Of a DNA stretch of 56,886 nt, positions 10,530-19,930 are shown in pieces (within the stretch, counting starts at the first letter, position 1; each line of letters begins with the position of its first letter). Position numbers and translations under genes: made by a program. The stretch covers positions 1-56,886 of the forward strand of contig CALWTR010000044.1 in NCBI GenBank assembly GCA_944384525.1, written 5' to 3'. This DNA comes from an uncultured Clostridia bacterium (GTDB lineage Bacteria > Bacillota > Clostridia > Oscillospirales > CAG-272). The notes below the pieces were generated by a model. It saw only the letters and a program-made list of their open reading frames with translations, was not told where the DNA came from and did no database searches.

Positions 10530-10558
10530 ATTATAAAGTCGCGCGATATTTTTGTCAA
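10530..10558 (-). promoter_or_regulatory. Consensus sigma-A promoter for the yfhO-ribF-prmA-rsmE run
   Basis: Minus strand TTGACA-N17-TATAAT (perfect). Confidence 0.8.
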
Positions 10559-10627
10559 GAAAATTTATATTTTGCCATACTGTTTGTGTACATGACTAAG
10601 GTGCCGTATGCACGTTGCTCTTTTTGT

Positions 10628-10656
10628 TTGACAACGCGGCGCCGTTATGGTAAAAT
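10628..10656 (+). promoter_or_regulatory. sigma-A promoter for the MFS-GDPD-methyltransferase operon
   Basis: TTGACA-N17-TAAAAT with TG extension. Confidence 0.75.
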
Positions 10657-10711
10657 ACGGAGGGACGCCGCGGCGTTCTAATTCAGCTGACAGGCAAGGA
10701 GGCATCCGTGT

Positions 10712-11998
10712 ATGAAACTTAACTACAAGAGGACGATCCTGGTCGGATTTGCGTTCTTTTTGATATCTGCATTCTGGCAGGCGTACGATACCATAATACC
10801 TCTGATACTTACCAATAAATTCAATATGTCTCAGGCGGGCTCGGGATTCATAATGGCGCTGGACAATATATTTGCGGTATTTATGCTCCCGCTTTTCGGG
10901 GCTTTGTCGGACAAGACGAAGACTCGTTACGGCAGACGTACACCATATATTTTTTTCGGAACGATAGCGGCGGTCTGCGCCTTTGTCGCGCTGAGTTTTG
11001 CCGATGATCTGGCGCTTTTCATAGTACTGCTCCTGCTCTCGCTCATATCTATGGCGACCTTCCGTTCTCCCGCGGTGGCGCTGATGCCGGACGTCACGGT
11101 AAAGCCGCTCCGCTCACAGGGAAACGCGATAATAAATCTGATGGGTACCGCGGGCGGTATAATCGTGCTCGCTTTCGCGACGGTTTTTCATACGAGCGAG
11201 GTCGGAAAGACGGATTTCCGCGCGTACATAGCGGCGGTCTGCGGAGTCATGCTCGTGGGACTTGCAATATTTCTGGCAACTGTCCGTGAGACCCGCTGGG
11301 CACGCGATATGGAGGAGGACAGCCTGAAGATCGATGCGGAGCCCGCCGCAGATGGTGCAGACACAGAGGCTGAGGACGGCGGACGTCTGGCAAAGGACAA
11401 GATGACGTCGCTCGTATTTATCCTCGCGTCGGTAGCACTTTGGTTCATAGGCTATAACGCTGTCATATCCAAATATTCGATATACGCTACGAACGAACTT
11501 CACATATCCTATTCAGTGTCTCTGCTGATAGCACAGGCGGCGGCGGTCGTCGCGTACATTCCGGTCGGGATAGTGGCGTCTAAGATCGGAAGGAAAAAGA
11601 CTATACTTGCGGGAGTAGCGATGCTTTTCCTCGCTTTCGGAGGTGCGAGCTTCATAACCTCCGGGTCTCCCGAATGGCTTATGACTCTGCTTTTCGCGCT
11701 TGCAGGTATAGCCTGGGCGACGATAAACGTAAATTCATTCCCAATGGTAGTGGAGCTTGCGCGCGGCGGCAATGTAGGCAGGTATACCGGATATTACTAT
11801 ACTGCCTCGATGGCGGCGCAGATAGTAACTCCTATCCTGTCCGGAGTACTTATGGATTATGTAGGCATGAGGACGCTGTTCCCGTATGCGGCAGTATTCG
11901 TCATGCTCGCCTTTGTGACGATGCTGTTTGTTCGTCACGGTGACAACCGTCCGGCGGCGCCCGCATCCGTACTTGAAAATTTTGATAATGATAACTGA
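10712..11998 (+). CDS. MFS transporter (MalT/sugar glycoside-like)
   Basis: GALSDKTKTRYGRRTPY motif A; about 12 TM segments; AAGGAGG RBS. Confidence 0.9.
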   Translation: MKLNYKRTILVGFAFFLISAFWQAYDTIIPLILTNKFNMSQAGSGFIMALDNIFAVFMLPLFGALSDKTKTRYGRRTPYIFFGTIAAVCAFVALSFADDLALFIVLLLLSLISMATFRSPAVALMPDVTVKPLRSQGNAIINLMGTAGGIIVLAFATVFHTSEVGKTDFRAYIAAVCGVMLVGLAIFLATVRETRWARDMEEDSLKIDAEPAADGADTEAEDGGRLAKDKMTSLVFILASVALWFIGYNAVISKYSIYATNELHISYSVSLLIAQAAAVVAYIPVGIVASKIGRKKTILAGVAMLFLAFGGASFITSGSPEWLMTLLFALAGIAWATINVNSFPMVVELARGGNVGRYTGYYYTASMAAQIVTPILSGVLMDYVGMRTLFPYAAVFVMLAFVTMLFVRHGDNRPAAPASVLENFDNDN

Positions 11999-12006
11999 GG
12001 TGTGAC

Positions 12007-12915
12007 GTGAAGATATTTTTTGCAGCGGCGGTGTCTTTAGTCTGCATCGTTTTGCTGATTTTTGTGTTGTGGCTGTTTTTCTTTGCCGCCGTAAATGTTT
12101 TCTGCGGGAAAAAACGCCGGCGTGAACTTGAGTACTTTACGTCATTCAGATACGCGCACCGCGGACTTCACGGAGAGGGAGTCCCGGAGAACTCGGTCGA
12201 GGCGTTTGCGAGGGCTGTCGGAGCCGGTTACGCGATCGAGCTTGACGTTCAGTTGTCAAAGGACGGAATACCGGTCGTCTTTCATGATTTTACTCTTGAC
12301 CGTGTGTGCGGTATAAATGGACGACAGGTCTCTGAATATACCGCGGAAGAGCTGGCGGGAATGCCGCTGCTCGGAAAGCCGGGAACAGGAATACCCCGGT
12401 TTTCAGATGTTCTCCGCTTGATAGACGGAAGAGTTCCCCTCCTTGTGGAGATAAAGGAGAAAAGCTCGGAGCGGGGGGCGGTGCCGGCAGTGCTTTCCGT
12501 GCTTAGCGATTATCACGGGAAATTTATGATAGAGTCCTTTAACCCGTTTACGCTGATGCGTTTAAGAAAATCGAGACCGGATATAATCCGCGGCCAGCTG
12601 TCTGACGCATTTATGAGAAAAAAGAAAGGCAGGACGGCGACCGATTTTGTGCTGGCGTCTTTTTCTCTGAATTTTTTGTCAAGGCCCGACTTCTTGTCGT
12701 ACGGTATCGAGAACTGTGACAGCTTTGCGTATAACGTGATCAAAAAAGTATATCGGGTCACTTCGTTCGCCTGGACCGTCAAAAATCCGGACGAGGAATC
12801 ACGCTCAAAAAAATACCGTTTTGACACGGTGATCTTTGAAGGATATCTTCCAGACCGCGGATCGGCGGATACAGGGGCGGCCGGCGGAAGCTTGGAAAAT
12901 GAAACAAAAGGTTGA
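12007..12915 (+). CDS. Glycerophosphodiester phosphodiesterase family protein with N-terminal membrane anchor
   Basis: AHRGLH, PENS, IELDVQLSKDG, VVFHD, VEIK. Confidence 0.92.
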   Translation: MKIFFAAAVSLVCIVLLIFVLWLFFFAAVNVFCGKKRRRELEYFTSFRYAHRGLHGEGVPENSVEAFARAVGAGYAIELDVQLSKDGIPVVFHDFTLDRVCGINGRQVSEYTAEELAGMPLLGKPGTGIPRFSDVLRLIDGRVPLLVEIKEKSSERGAVPAVLSVLSDYHGKFMIESFNPFTLMRLRKSRPDIIRGQLSDAFMRKKKGRTATDFVLASFSLNFLSRPDFLSYGIENCDSFAYNVIKKVYRVTSFAWTVKNPDEESRSKKYRFDTVIFEGYLPDRGSADTGAAGGSLENETKG

Positions 12916-12920
12916 TACAT

Positions 12921-14066
12921 ATGAAGATAAAACTTGTTGCGACCTGCCTGTTCGGACTTGAGCACCTGCTCGGCGAGGAGATAAATGCGCTCGGATACGA
13001 GCGCACAGAAACCATTGACGGAAGGGTATATTTCATTGCCGATGAGGAGGGGATCGCGCTGTCGAACATTTTCCTCAGATACGCAGAGAGAGTTTATATC
13101 CTTGTCGGCTCTTTCGGCGCCGCAACTTTTGAGGAGCTGTTCGAGGGCACAAAAGCTCTGCCTTGGGAGGCGTGGATAGGAGTCAGGGATTCTTTCCCGG
13201 TTAAGGGGCATTCGATCAGATCCGCGCTCATATCTATACCTGACTGCCAGGCGATAATAAAAAAAGCCGTCGCTTCCCGGCTCGGCGAAAAATATTCGCT
13301 CTCTTGGCTCCCGGAGGACGGGGTAAAATATCAGATAGAATTTTTTCTGCTGTCCGACAGAGCGGATCTTATGATAGATACATCCGGAGTCCCTCTGCAC
13401 AAAAGGGGATACCGCCCGGATTCCGGCGCGGCGCCGATACGTGAAACTCTAGCCGCGGCTATGGCGGCGATATCGCGGCCGCGCGAGGATGTATTGTTCT
13501 GCGATCCTATGTGCGGCTCCGGTACGATACCGATCGAGGCGGCAATGCTTTTCAATAAGATCGCGCCTGGCAGAAGTCGCGCTTTTGCCGCCGAAGCTTT
13601 TCCGCAGATCCCCGGGGCTGTCTGGGCCCGCGCCCGCGAGGAGGCATTCGACATCGAGATAGACAGCGGATTTAAGGCGCGCGCATCAGATATAGACGCT
13701 GACTGCGTTGCAGTTGCGGAGGCAAATGTAAAAAGGGCGGGCGTCGGCAAATGGGTCAGCGTGCTGAGAGAGGATTTCCGCCGTCTGAGACGCGAGGAAG
13801 GCGTCCGCGGCACCATAGTGACAAATCCGCCGTACGGTGAGAGACTGATGACACCTGAGCAGGCGGAGCGGATATACAGAGAGATGGGCGAGCGGTTCAG
13901 GGCGCTGTCTCCGTGGCAGGTTTATGTTATAACTCCGCACCGCGATTTTGAAAGGCTCTACGGCAGGCGCGCGGACAAAGTCAGAAAGCTTTATAACGGG
14001 ATGATCCCGTGCTACCTCTATCAGTTTTTTAAAAAAACGACTGCGTCAGACACTAAGAAAAGTTAA
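12921..14066 (+). CDS. THUMP-domain rRNA m2G methyltransferase (RlmL/YpsC-like)
   Basis: LHKRGYR, APIRETLAAA, DPMCGSGT, TNPPYGER. Confidence 0.92.
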   Translation: MKIKLVATCLFGLEHLLGEEINALGYERTETIDGRVYFIADEEGIALSNIFLRYAERVYILVGSFGAATFEELFEGTKALPWEAWIGVRDSFPVKGHSIRSALISIPDCQAIIKKAVASRLGEKYSLSWLPEDGVKYQIEFFLLSDRADLMIDTSGVPLHKRGYRPDSGAAPIRETLAAAMAAISRPREDVLFCDPMCGSGTIPIEAAMLFNKIAPGRSRAFAAEAFPQIPGAVWARAREEAFDIEIDSGFKARASDIDADCVAVAEANVKRAGVGKWVSVLREDFRRLRREEGVRGTIVTNPPYGERLMTPEQAERIYREMGERFRALSPWQVYVITPHRDFERLYGRRADKVRKLYNGMIPCYLYQFFKKTTASDTKKS

Positions 14067-14091
14067 TATACAAATAAAACTTTACATTTAT

Positions 14092-14140
14092 GCAAATATG
14101 CCGTTCAGAGCTATGCGCTCTGCGGCATTTTTGCGTTTTT
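14092..14140 (+). terminator. Probable intrinsic terminator
   Basis: Bulged hairpin ATGCCG..CAGAGC/GCTCTG CGGCAT followed by T-runs. Confidence 0.6.
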
Positions 14141-14251
14141 ATATGGGTATATCCAGGTATATTTTCCCTGTAAATGAAGTATAATGCGCAAAATTCCGGG
14201 GAAAGATATCAAAGAAATATTTTGATATCAGGCAGGGGAACGTATTTTAAT

Positions 14252-15778
14252 ATGAGTAAAGAGCTGAGCCATGATTACGGCGAGAACTATAAAAGTATAA
14301 GTGAGAGACTGCGCTGTAAAGAGAGTTTTGATATACTTGAACGCAAGCTGAGAGTCGGAGAAGACGGCGAGATACGGATGTGGTTCATAGACGGCTTTGT
14401 AAAGGATTCAATAATGCAGAGGGTCATGCAATTCTTGCTTGAGCTTGAATCATTGACTCCTGATGCTCAGGAATTCATCCGCGCCAATATACCGTACGTC
14501 GAGGTGGAGGTCACCTCGGATGAGGACAAAGTGATACTCGCGGTGCTGTCCGGGCAGACGGCGATACTCGGCAGTACTTTCGGAAATACGGCAGTGCTGG
14601 TCGATACAAGGAGCTATCCCGCACGTCCGACCGGAGAGCCGGATTCCGACAGAGTCATGCAGGGCTCTCACGACGGCTTTGTTGAGACGCTCGTGTTCAA
14701 TACGACTCTCATAAGACGCAGGATAAGGGATCCCAGGCTGACGATGGAGTACCACAATGTAGGCGGAGCGTCTAATACGGATATAGTGGTGTGTTATATG
14801 AAGGGGATAGCCGATGACGGATATGTCCGGGAGATAGGCGAACTCATAGACCGTATAAAGCCGCGCTCGCTCACTCTCGGCTTTCAGAGCCTGGCTGAGA
14901 GCATGATAAGGCGCAAGTGGTATAACCCCTTTCCGAAGATAAGGACGACGGAGCGCCCGGATACCGCTGCCGCTCAGCTGATGGAGGGGAGCGTGATAGT
15001 CCTGTGCGATACTGCGCCGCAGGCGATGATACTGCCGACGTCTATATTTGATTTTCTCCAGCAGACCGACGATTACTACACTCCTCCGCTGACCGGTTCA
15101 TACCTCAGGATAGTGCGTATGTTCTCGCTCATCATGTCTGTTATCCTTACTCCGTTGTGGTATCTGTTGCTTCAGTACGCGAGCGTGTTGCCGGAGCGGC
15201 TCAGGTTCTTGATACCGGATACCACCGGCGCGTTTTCGATACTGTTTCAGCTTTTGCTTGCGGAGATAGCGATAGATGTGCTCAAACTTGCATCAATGAA
15301 CACTCCGAATATGCTTTCAAACTCCCTTAGCATAATAGGCGCCCTGATCCTCGGAGATTTTGCGGTGTCCGTCGGCTGGCTGTGCGAGGATGTGATATTC
15401 TATATGGCGGTCATAGCGATAGCAAACTTTGCTCAGCACAACAACGAGCTCGGATATGCGCTTAAATTCATGAGAATAATAACGTTGTTGCTTACCGCCG
15501 CATTCGGACTTTTCGGCTTTATCGGCGGCATAGTGTTCACTTTGGCCGCAGTAGCGACAAACAGGAGCATAAACGGTAAGTACTCCTATCTGTACCCGCT
15601 TATACCGTGGAACTCCGAGGCGATGGGAAGACTGCTGCTGAGACGCAGGAAAATGGATTTTGACGGAAGTGCGGAGAGAGATCATGCGACAGGATCCGAG
15701 ACAGGATCTGGGACCGGATCTGATGCCGGATCTGAGTCAGGCACGGATGAGGGACCCGGTGAAAATTCCGACAACTGA
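14252..15778 (+). CDS. Spore germination protein, GerA A-subunit/SpoVAF family
   Basis: GSHDGFVETLVFNTTLIRRRIRDPRL, WYNPFPKIRTTERPD, SLSIIGALILGDFAV, YLYPLIPWN are SpoVAF-like. Confidence 0.9.
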   Translation: MSKELSHDYGENYKSISERLRCKESFDILERKLRVGEDGEIRMWFIDGFVKDSIMQRVMQFLLELESLTPDAQEFIRANIPYVEVEVTSDEDKVILAVLSGQTAILGSTFGNTAVLVDTRSYPARPTGEPDSDRVMQGSHDGFVETLVFNTTLIRRRIRDPRLTMEYHNVGGASNTDIVVCYMKGIADDGYVREIGELIDRIKPRSLTLGFQSLAESMIRRKWYNPFPKIRTTERPDTAAAQLMEGSVIVLCDTAPQAMILPTSIFDFLQQTDDYYTPPLTGSYLRIVRMFSLIMSVILTPLWYLLLQYASVLPERLRFLIPDTTGAFSILFQLLLAEIAIDVLKLASMNTPNMLSNSLSIIGALILGDFAVSVGWLCEDVIFYMAVIAIANFAQHNNELGYALKFMRIITLLLTAAFGLFGFIGGIVFTLAAVATNRSINGKYSYLYPLIPWNSEAMGRLLLRRRKMDFDGSAERDHATGSETGSGTGSDAGSESGTDEGPGENSDN

Positions 15779-15799
15779 CAAAAATATTGGGAAAAACGC

Positions 15800-15828
15800 T
15801 TGACAAATAAAACCTTGTGTGCTACAAT
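15800..15828 (+). promoter_or_regulatory. sigma-A promoter of tRNA-Gln
   Basis: TTGACA-N17-TACAAT with TG extension, 24 nt before the tRNA. Confidence 0.8.
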
Positions 15829-15852
15829 GTTTTGCAGTCTCAGATAAGACCT

Positions 15853-15926
15853 TGCGGAATTGTGTAATGGTAGCACAGCAGACTCTGACTCTGTTCGTCT
15901 GGGTTCAAATCCTGGTTCCGCAGCCA
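15853..15926 (+). tRNA. tRNA-Gln (anticodon CTG)
   Basis: Acceptor TGCGGAA/TTCCGCA, D-loop TAATGGTA, anticodon arm GCAGA-CTCTGAC-TCTGT, T-loop TTCAAAT, encoded CCA. Confidence 0.97.
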
Positions 15927-15962
15927 AAAAACGACAATCTTCGACAGAAGGTTGTCGTTTTT
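15927..15962 (+). terminator. Terminator-like hairpin directly after the tRNA
   Basis: AAAAACGACAATCTTC-GACA-GAAGGTTGTCGTTTTT. Confidence 0.7.
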
Positions 15963-15964
15963 AC

Positions 15965-16047
15965 TTTTTCACTTTTCACTCTTCACTTTTCACTAAAACC
16001 TCTTGTCGTTTTTTGGCAAGTAATAAGTAATAGTGAATAGTGAAGAG
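15965..16047. repeat. Heptamer tandem repeats (TTTTCAC x4) and complementary (A)GT(G)AATA repeats forming an inverted repeat
   Basis: 15979-15995 and 16031-16047 are reverse complements at 16/17 positions. Confidence 0.75.
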
Positions 16048-16152
16048 GTGCTGATGTAGCTTTTCTCCCGATGGTCGAAAAGCATTATATTTTACTTGAG
16101 TTCGAATCCTTATCGCAACCCACGAAAAATATCTTTTTCGTAGCCTTTATAC

Positions 16153-16186
16153 ATAAATCCGGCTTGTTTATGCAAGCCGGATTTAT
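16153..16186. terminator. Strong hairpin, possible bidirectional terminator
   Basis: ATAAATCCGGCTTG-N6-CAAGCCGGATTTAT, 14-bp perfect stem. Confidence 0.6.
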
Positions 16187-16507
16187 TATTGGTGTCTTCA
16201 GGCGTGAAAATAAACCCCCCGGTTTTACCGTGGTAAGACAAAAAAGCTTCAGCGGAGAAAATCAGGCAGTGATGAGGGCGCCAATGAGGAAAAGTTATTG
16301 AAAACCGTGCTCCGTATGTCACTGACAGCGGCAGATATGCGGAAAAAGCCATAGAGGCAAACAACCGTGTGAAAAAACTGCATGCTCAGATCATGGAAAA
16401 GGTTTTCGCCTGCGTTTTGTGATCAGGCGTGTATTATAACTAGCGTATAATAATTTATTTATAAAAAATGCCGAAATCAAAATATAGAGCAAAAAGCCGC
16501 TCCGGGA

Positions 16508-16537
16508 TTGACACAGAGCGGCCTTTTGTGATATACT
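16508..16537 (+). promoter_or_regulatory. sigma-A promoter for the heparinase-like gene
   Basis: TTGACA-N18-TATACT with TG extension. Confidence 0.65.
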
Positions 16538-16579
16538 CGCTCTTGAATATAAATATGATACAGACCGGGAGGGCAAAGT

Positions 16580-18379
16580 ATGTTTGACTATACGAGAGAG
16601 CAGGTGCTGGAGGCTCTCAGGGCAAATTCCGGCAGGGATATATGGAGCCTTGATGAAAACAGGATCAGGAATATGCGCGCAAATCCGTTGCTGTCCGACA
16701 ACTTCAGGTCGCTTGAGGAATGCAGGAAATTCTATGCAGAGAGACCGCTTTATTCTATACCGTTTTCCCTTTTCAAGCGCTTTGAGGCGGACGGGGACAG
16801 GACGCAGTTCGAGTATTCGGAGCGCGGTTATTTTATGCACAGAGGCCATCTCAAGACATGGGCGCTGTCTGCGCTTTTGGGAGGCGGAGACGATGACATA
16901 TCCCGGCTCGAGGATACGATATGGGCTATATGTGACGAGTATACCTGGGCGCTTCCGGCTCACATGAGCGGAGACCAGGGGATATATGCCAGCTATCAGC
17001 CGGACAGATATACGATAGATCTCTTTGCCGCCGAGACCGGACAGGCTCTCTCCGAGATAATAAAGCTCCTCGGGAAAAGGCTAAATCCGCTTGTGACCGA
17101 GAGGGCTAGACGCGAGATAAAGGCTAGAATAACGGACAGATATCTGTATTCGGATATGTCCGACTTCTGGTGGTATAAGTCCACCAACAACTGGGCGGCG
17201 GTATGCGCCGGCTCGGTAGGCATGGCATCGATATGCGAGATCGAAGACGAGGAAAAACTCGCGGATGTAATAATGAAGACGCTGGTTTCGATGAGGAGCT
17301 TTATGTCCGGTTTTACGGACGACGGAGTCTGCCTTGAGGGAATGGGATACTGGCATTACGGCTTCGGATATTTCTGTTATTACGCAGATATGCTGAGCCG
17401 CAGGACTGGAGGAAAAATAGATCTCTTCTCTGAAGAAAAGACCAAAAAAGTCGCGCTTTTCCCATTCAAAATGTTTTTTTATGGCAGCAGGACGGTCAGT
17501 TTTTCCGACGGAGGGAGCCGCGGCGGTATAGGTGCGGGCTTTATCTCGTTTCTGTCGGAAAAATACGGGAAAATAGATATACCGGCCGGTGTAAATATGA
17601 CCGAAACAGTCGATCGGGAGGGCTGTCACAGATTTGCAAGGGATCTTCGCAGCTTTATATGGTGCCCGTCTGAGCGCCCCACGGAGACTGACGGGACGCG
17701 GCGTATATATACTTTCGACTGCGCACAGTGGTACGTTGCGAGCGGAAAGGACAATTTCGGAGTAGCTGCAAAGGCGGGGAACAACAATGAGCCGCACAAC
17801 CATAATGATATCGGACATTTTATAACGTTTAAAAACGGAAACGAGTTTTTCTGCGATCTAGGCTCCGGCGAGTACAGCAAGCAGTATTTCGGCAGAGAGC
17901 GATATACCTTCCCTCACTGCGGCTCGCAGGGACATAGTGTTCCGATAATAAACGGAAAATTCCAGGCCGCGGGCAAGGACTCTTTCGCGGAGGATGTAAA
18001 GGTGACGGACAGAGGCATAGCGATGGAATTTCGCCGCGCTTACCGTGAGGATTCGCTTGTATCCTTGACCAGAAAGATCGATTTTGATCCGGAAATACCT
18101 CGGCTCACCGTGACGGACAGCTTTCGATTTGCCGCCGCTCCGGAGAGCTTTGTAGAGCGCTTTGTCACAAAGGCGGATGTCTCGGTCGGGGACGGTGAGA
18201 TAGTACTGAGCGTGGGAGACGACACAATGAAAATGAGCTTTGATGCGGCGCTGTTCTCTCCGTCCGTCAGTGATGTGGAGACGGCGGATCATGGCGGAAG
18301 ACCGCTCCTTTTCCGCTGTATCGACCTTACACTGAAAGCACCCGGGACTGATGGAGAATTCAGTTTTGTCATATCCTGA
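16580..18379 (+). CDS. Heparinase II/III-like (oligosaccharide lyase) family protein, no signal peptide
   Basis: WALPAH, IDLFAAETG, NNWAAVC, DGVCLEGMGYWHYG, HNHNDIGHF, GHSVPIING. Confidence 0.82.
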   Translation: MFDYTREQVLEALRANSGRDIWSLDENRIRNMRANPLLSDNFRSLEECRKFYAERPLYSIPFSLFKRFEADGDRTQFEYSERGYFMHRGHLKTWALSALLGGGDDDISRLEDTIWAICDEYTWALPAHMSGDQGIYASYQPDRYTIDLFAAETGQALSEIIKLLGKRLNPLVTERARREIKARITDRYLYSDMSDFWWYKSTNNWAAVCAGSVGMASICEIEDEEKLADVIMKTLVSMRSFMSGFTDDGVCLEGMGYWHYGFGYFCYYADMLSRRTGGKIDLFSEEKTKKVALFPFKMFFYGSRTVSFSDGGSRGGIGAGFISFLSEKYGKIDIPAGVNMTETVDREGCHRFARDLRSFIWCPSERPTETDGTRRIYTFDCAQWYVASGKDNFGVAAKAGNNNEPHNHNDIGHFITFKNGNEFFCDLGSGEYSKQYFGRERYTFPHCGSQGHSVPIINGKFQAAGKDSFAEDVKVTDRGIAMEFRRAYREDSLVSLTRKIDFDPEIPRLTVTDSFRFAAAPESFVERFVTKADVSVGDGEIVLSVGDDTMKMSFDAALFSPSVSDVETADHGGRPLLFRCIDLTLKAPGTDGEFSFVIS

Positions 18380-18411
18380 AGCTATAAGGATGTATATACG
18401 CAAAAAATCGG

Positions 18412-18438
18412 AAAGGCGCGGCATATGCCGCGCTTTTT
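18412..18438 (+). terminator. Intrinsic terminator
   Basis: Palindrome GCGCGGCATATGCCGCGC followed by TTTTT. Confidence 0.7.
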
Positions 18439-18539
18439 GCGTGTTGCTGACGTATCGTTGCAGTGCCTCTGGGAAATACTTCAAATAAAAGGCCGGTTCA
18501 AATACCGGAGAGCGCGGCTGTACGCGCACGGAGGAGCAG

Positions 18540-19853
18540 ATGGCAAATGCAGACGGTATGATCTCAGACTGCCGTTCGGCCGCGGAGGTAGCCGCAAAGG
18601 CGGGAGAGATACTTATAAGGGCAGGTTCCGAGACTCACCGCGTCGAGGATACGCTGGTCAGGATGATGTCCGCGCATTCGGACAGCTCTGAGGCGCTCGT
18701 GTTTTCGACCGGATTCACTCTGAGCGCTTGCGCGGAAGGAAAAGAAACGGTCACCTTGACCCGCCGCGTATTCGGATCCGTTACGGATATAGGCGATATA
18801 TGCCGGGTGAATTCCGTCTCGCGCGATTTCTGCTCAGGCAGGATAGACAGCGCTGAGGCGCTGAGACGGCTTTCACTCATAGAAGAAAGGGCGGGTCTTC
18901 CGCCGGTATGGAGCGCTGTACTTACATGCATAGCCTCCGGGGGATTTGCGCTTGTGTACGGCAGGGATGCGTACGAGACGGCAGGAGCGGCGCTGTGCGG
19001 GGCTGTGCTTTCGCTTTTCAGCGTTTTTTTGAGCAGGATAATACGCGGAGATTTTCTGATAAACGTGCTCGGGTCAGCCGCCGCTACTGTCCTTTCTGTC
19101 AGTATAGCTTTTGCATATGCGAGTTTTTCGGGCGGATATCAGCTCAGGATACAGTATATGATAATAGGCTCGATAATACCCCTGCTCCCTGGAATAACTG
19201 TGACCAACGCGGTGCGAGATACGCTTTACGGAGATTATATATCGGCGACATCGAGAGGACTTGAGGCGTTGCTGTCAGCCGTTTCCATAGCGGTCGGAGT
19301 GTTCCTTGGACTTAAGTTGTCGGCCGCCGGAGGCGCGGCGGCAAATATGAATTTGAGCTTTATCTCCTCACCGAGCACTCCTTTTGAAATATTTATGACT
19401 TCCGTTGCCGCCGGGATATCTGCCGCGGCATTCGCGGCCTTGCTCGATGTTCCGGCAGGTTATATACCTCCGTGTGCGCTGTGCGGCGCCGGCGTGTGGG
19501 CAGTATATGTGCTCTGCCTTGCATGGGGGCTCAGCGAGGGGTCGGCTGTACTTTCGGCTTCCGCCGCTGCGGACGCGGTAGCATGGATCATGGCAAGGCA
19601 TTACCGTATACCGGTGACACCGTTTTTGATAAGCGGAGTGATAGCACTTGTACCCGGGATAGGGCTTTACAAGACGGTATATTTTCTCTTTCTCGGAGAT
19701 ACCGGCGCGGTTTATTCGTCGCTTGAGGAGACTGTGGTCGCCGCGGGCGCGATAGCTGTTGCGGTCTTTGCGGTAGATGCGGGGATCGCGTCGTTCAAAA
19801 GGATCCGTGCAAGTATACGCTCGCGGCGCAGGCAGGTGAGCCGCGGTATTTGA
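18540..19853 (+). CDS. Threonine/serine exporter family (fused ThrE + ThrE_2)
   Basis: GSETHRVEDT, VNSVSR, IPLLPGITVTNAVRD, ALVPGIGLY. Confidence 0.9.
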   Translation: MANADGMISDCRSAAEVAAKAGEILIRAGSETHRVEDTLVRMMSAHSDSSEALVFSTGFTLSACAEGKETVTLTRRVFGSVTDIGDICRVNSVSRDFCSGRIDSAEALRRLSLIEERAGLPPVWSAVLTCIASGGFALVYGRDAYETAGAALCGAVLSLFSVFLSRIIRGDFLINVLGSAAATVLSVSIAFAYASFSGGYQLRIQYMIIGSIIPLLPGITVTNAVRDTLYGDYISATSRGLEALLSAVSIAVGVFLGLKLSAAGGAAANMNLSFISSPSTPFEIFMTSVAAGISAAAFAALLDVPAGYIPPCALCGAGVWAVYVLCLAWGLSEGSAVLSASAAADAVAWIMARHYRIPVTPFLISGVIALVPGIGLYKTVYFLFLGDTGAVYSSLEETVVAAGAIAVAVFAVDAGIASFKRIRASIRSRRRQVSRGI

Positions 19854-19875
19854 GGGCGCCGATCTTTAAAGACAG

Positions 19876-19913
19876 AAAACCGCGGGTCATATCTGAATGA
19901 GACCCGCGGTTTT
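19876..19913. terminator. Bidirectional terminator between convergent genes
   Basis: AAAACCGCGGGTC...GACCCGCGGTTTT. Confidence 0.8.
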
Positions 19914-19930
19914 ACGTTTCTTTTTCAGCA

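Noticed and set aside
12513-13400. Long antisense or alternate-frame ORFs (also 17081-17818, 32611-33447, 42721-43497, 43733-44641 and many others)
   Set aside because: They overlap well-supported genes, lack motifs and RBS, and are expected from codon bias
15682-16040. ORFs 15682-15927 and 15819-16040
   Set aside because: Shadows of the tRNA gene and its downstream repeat
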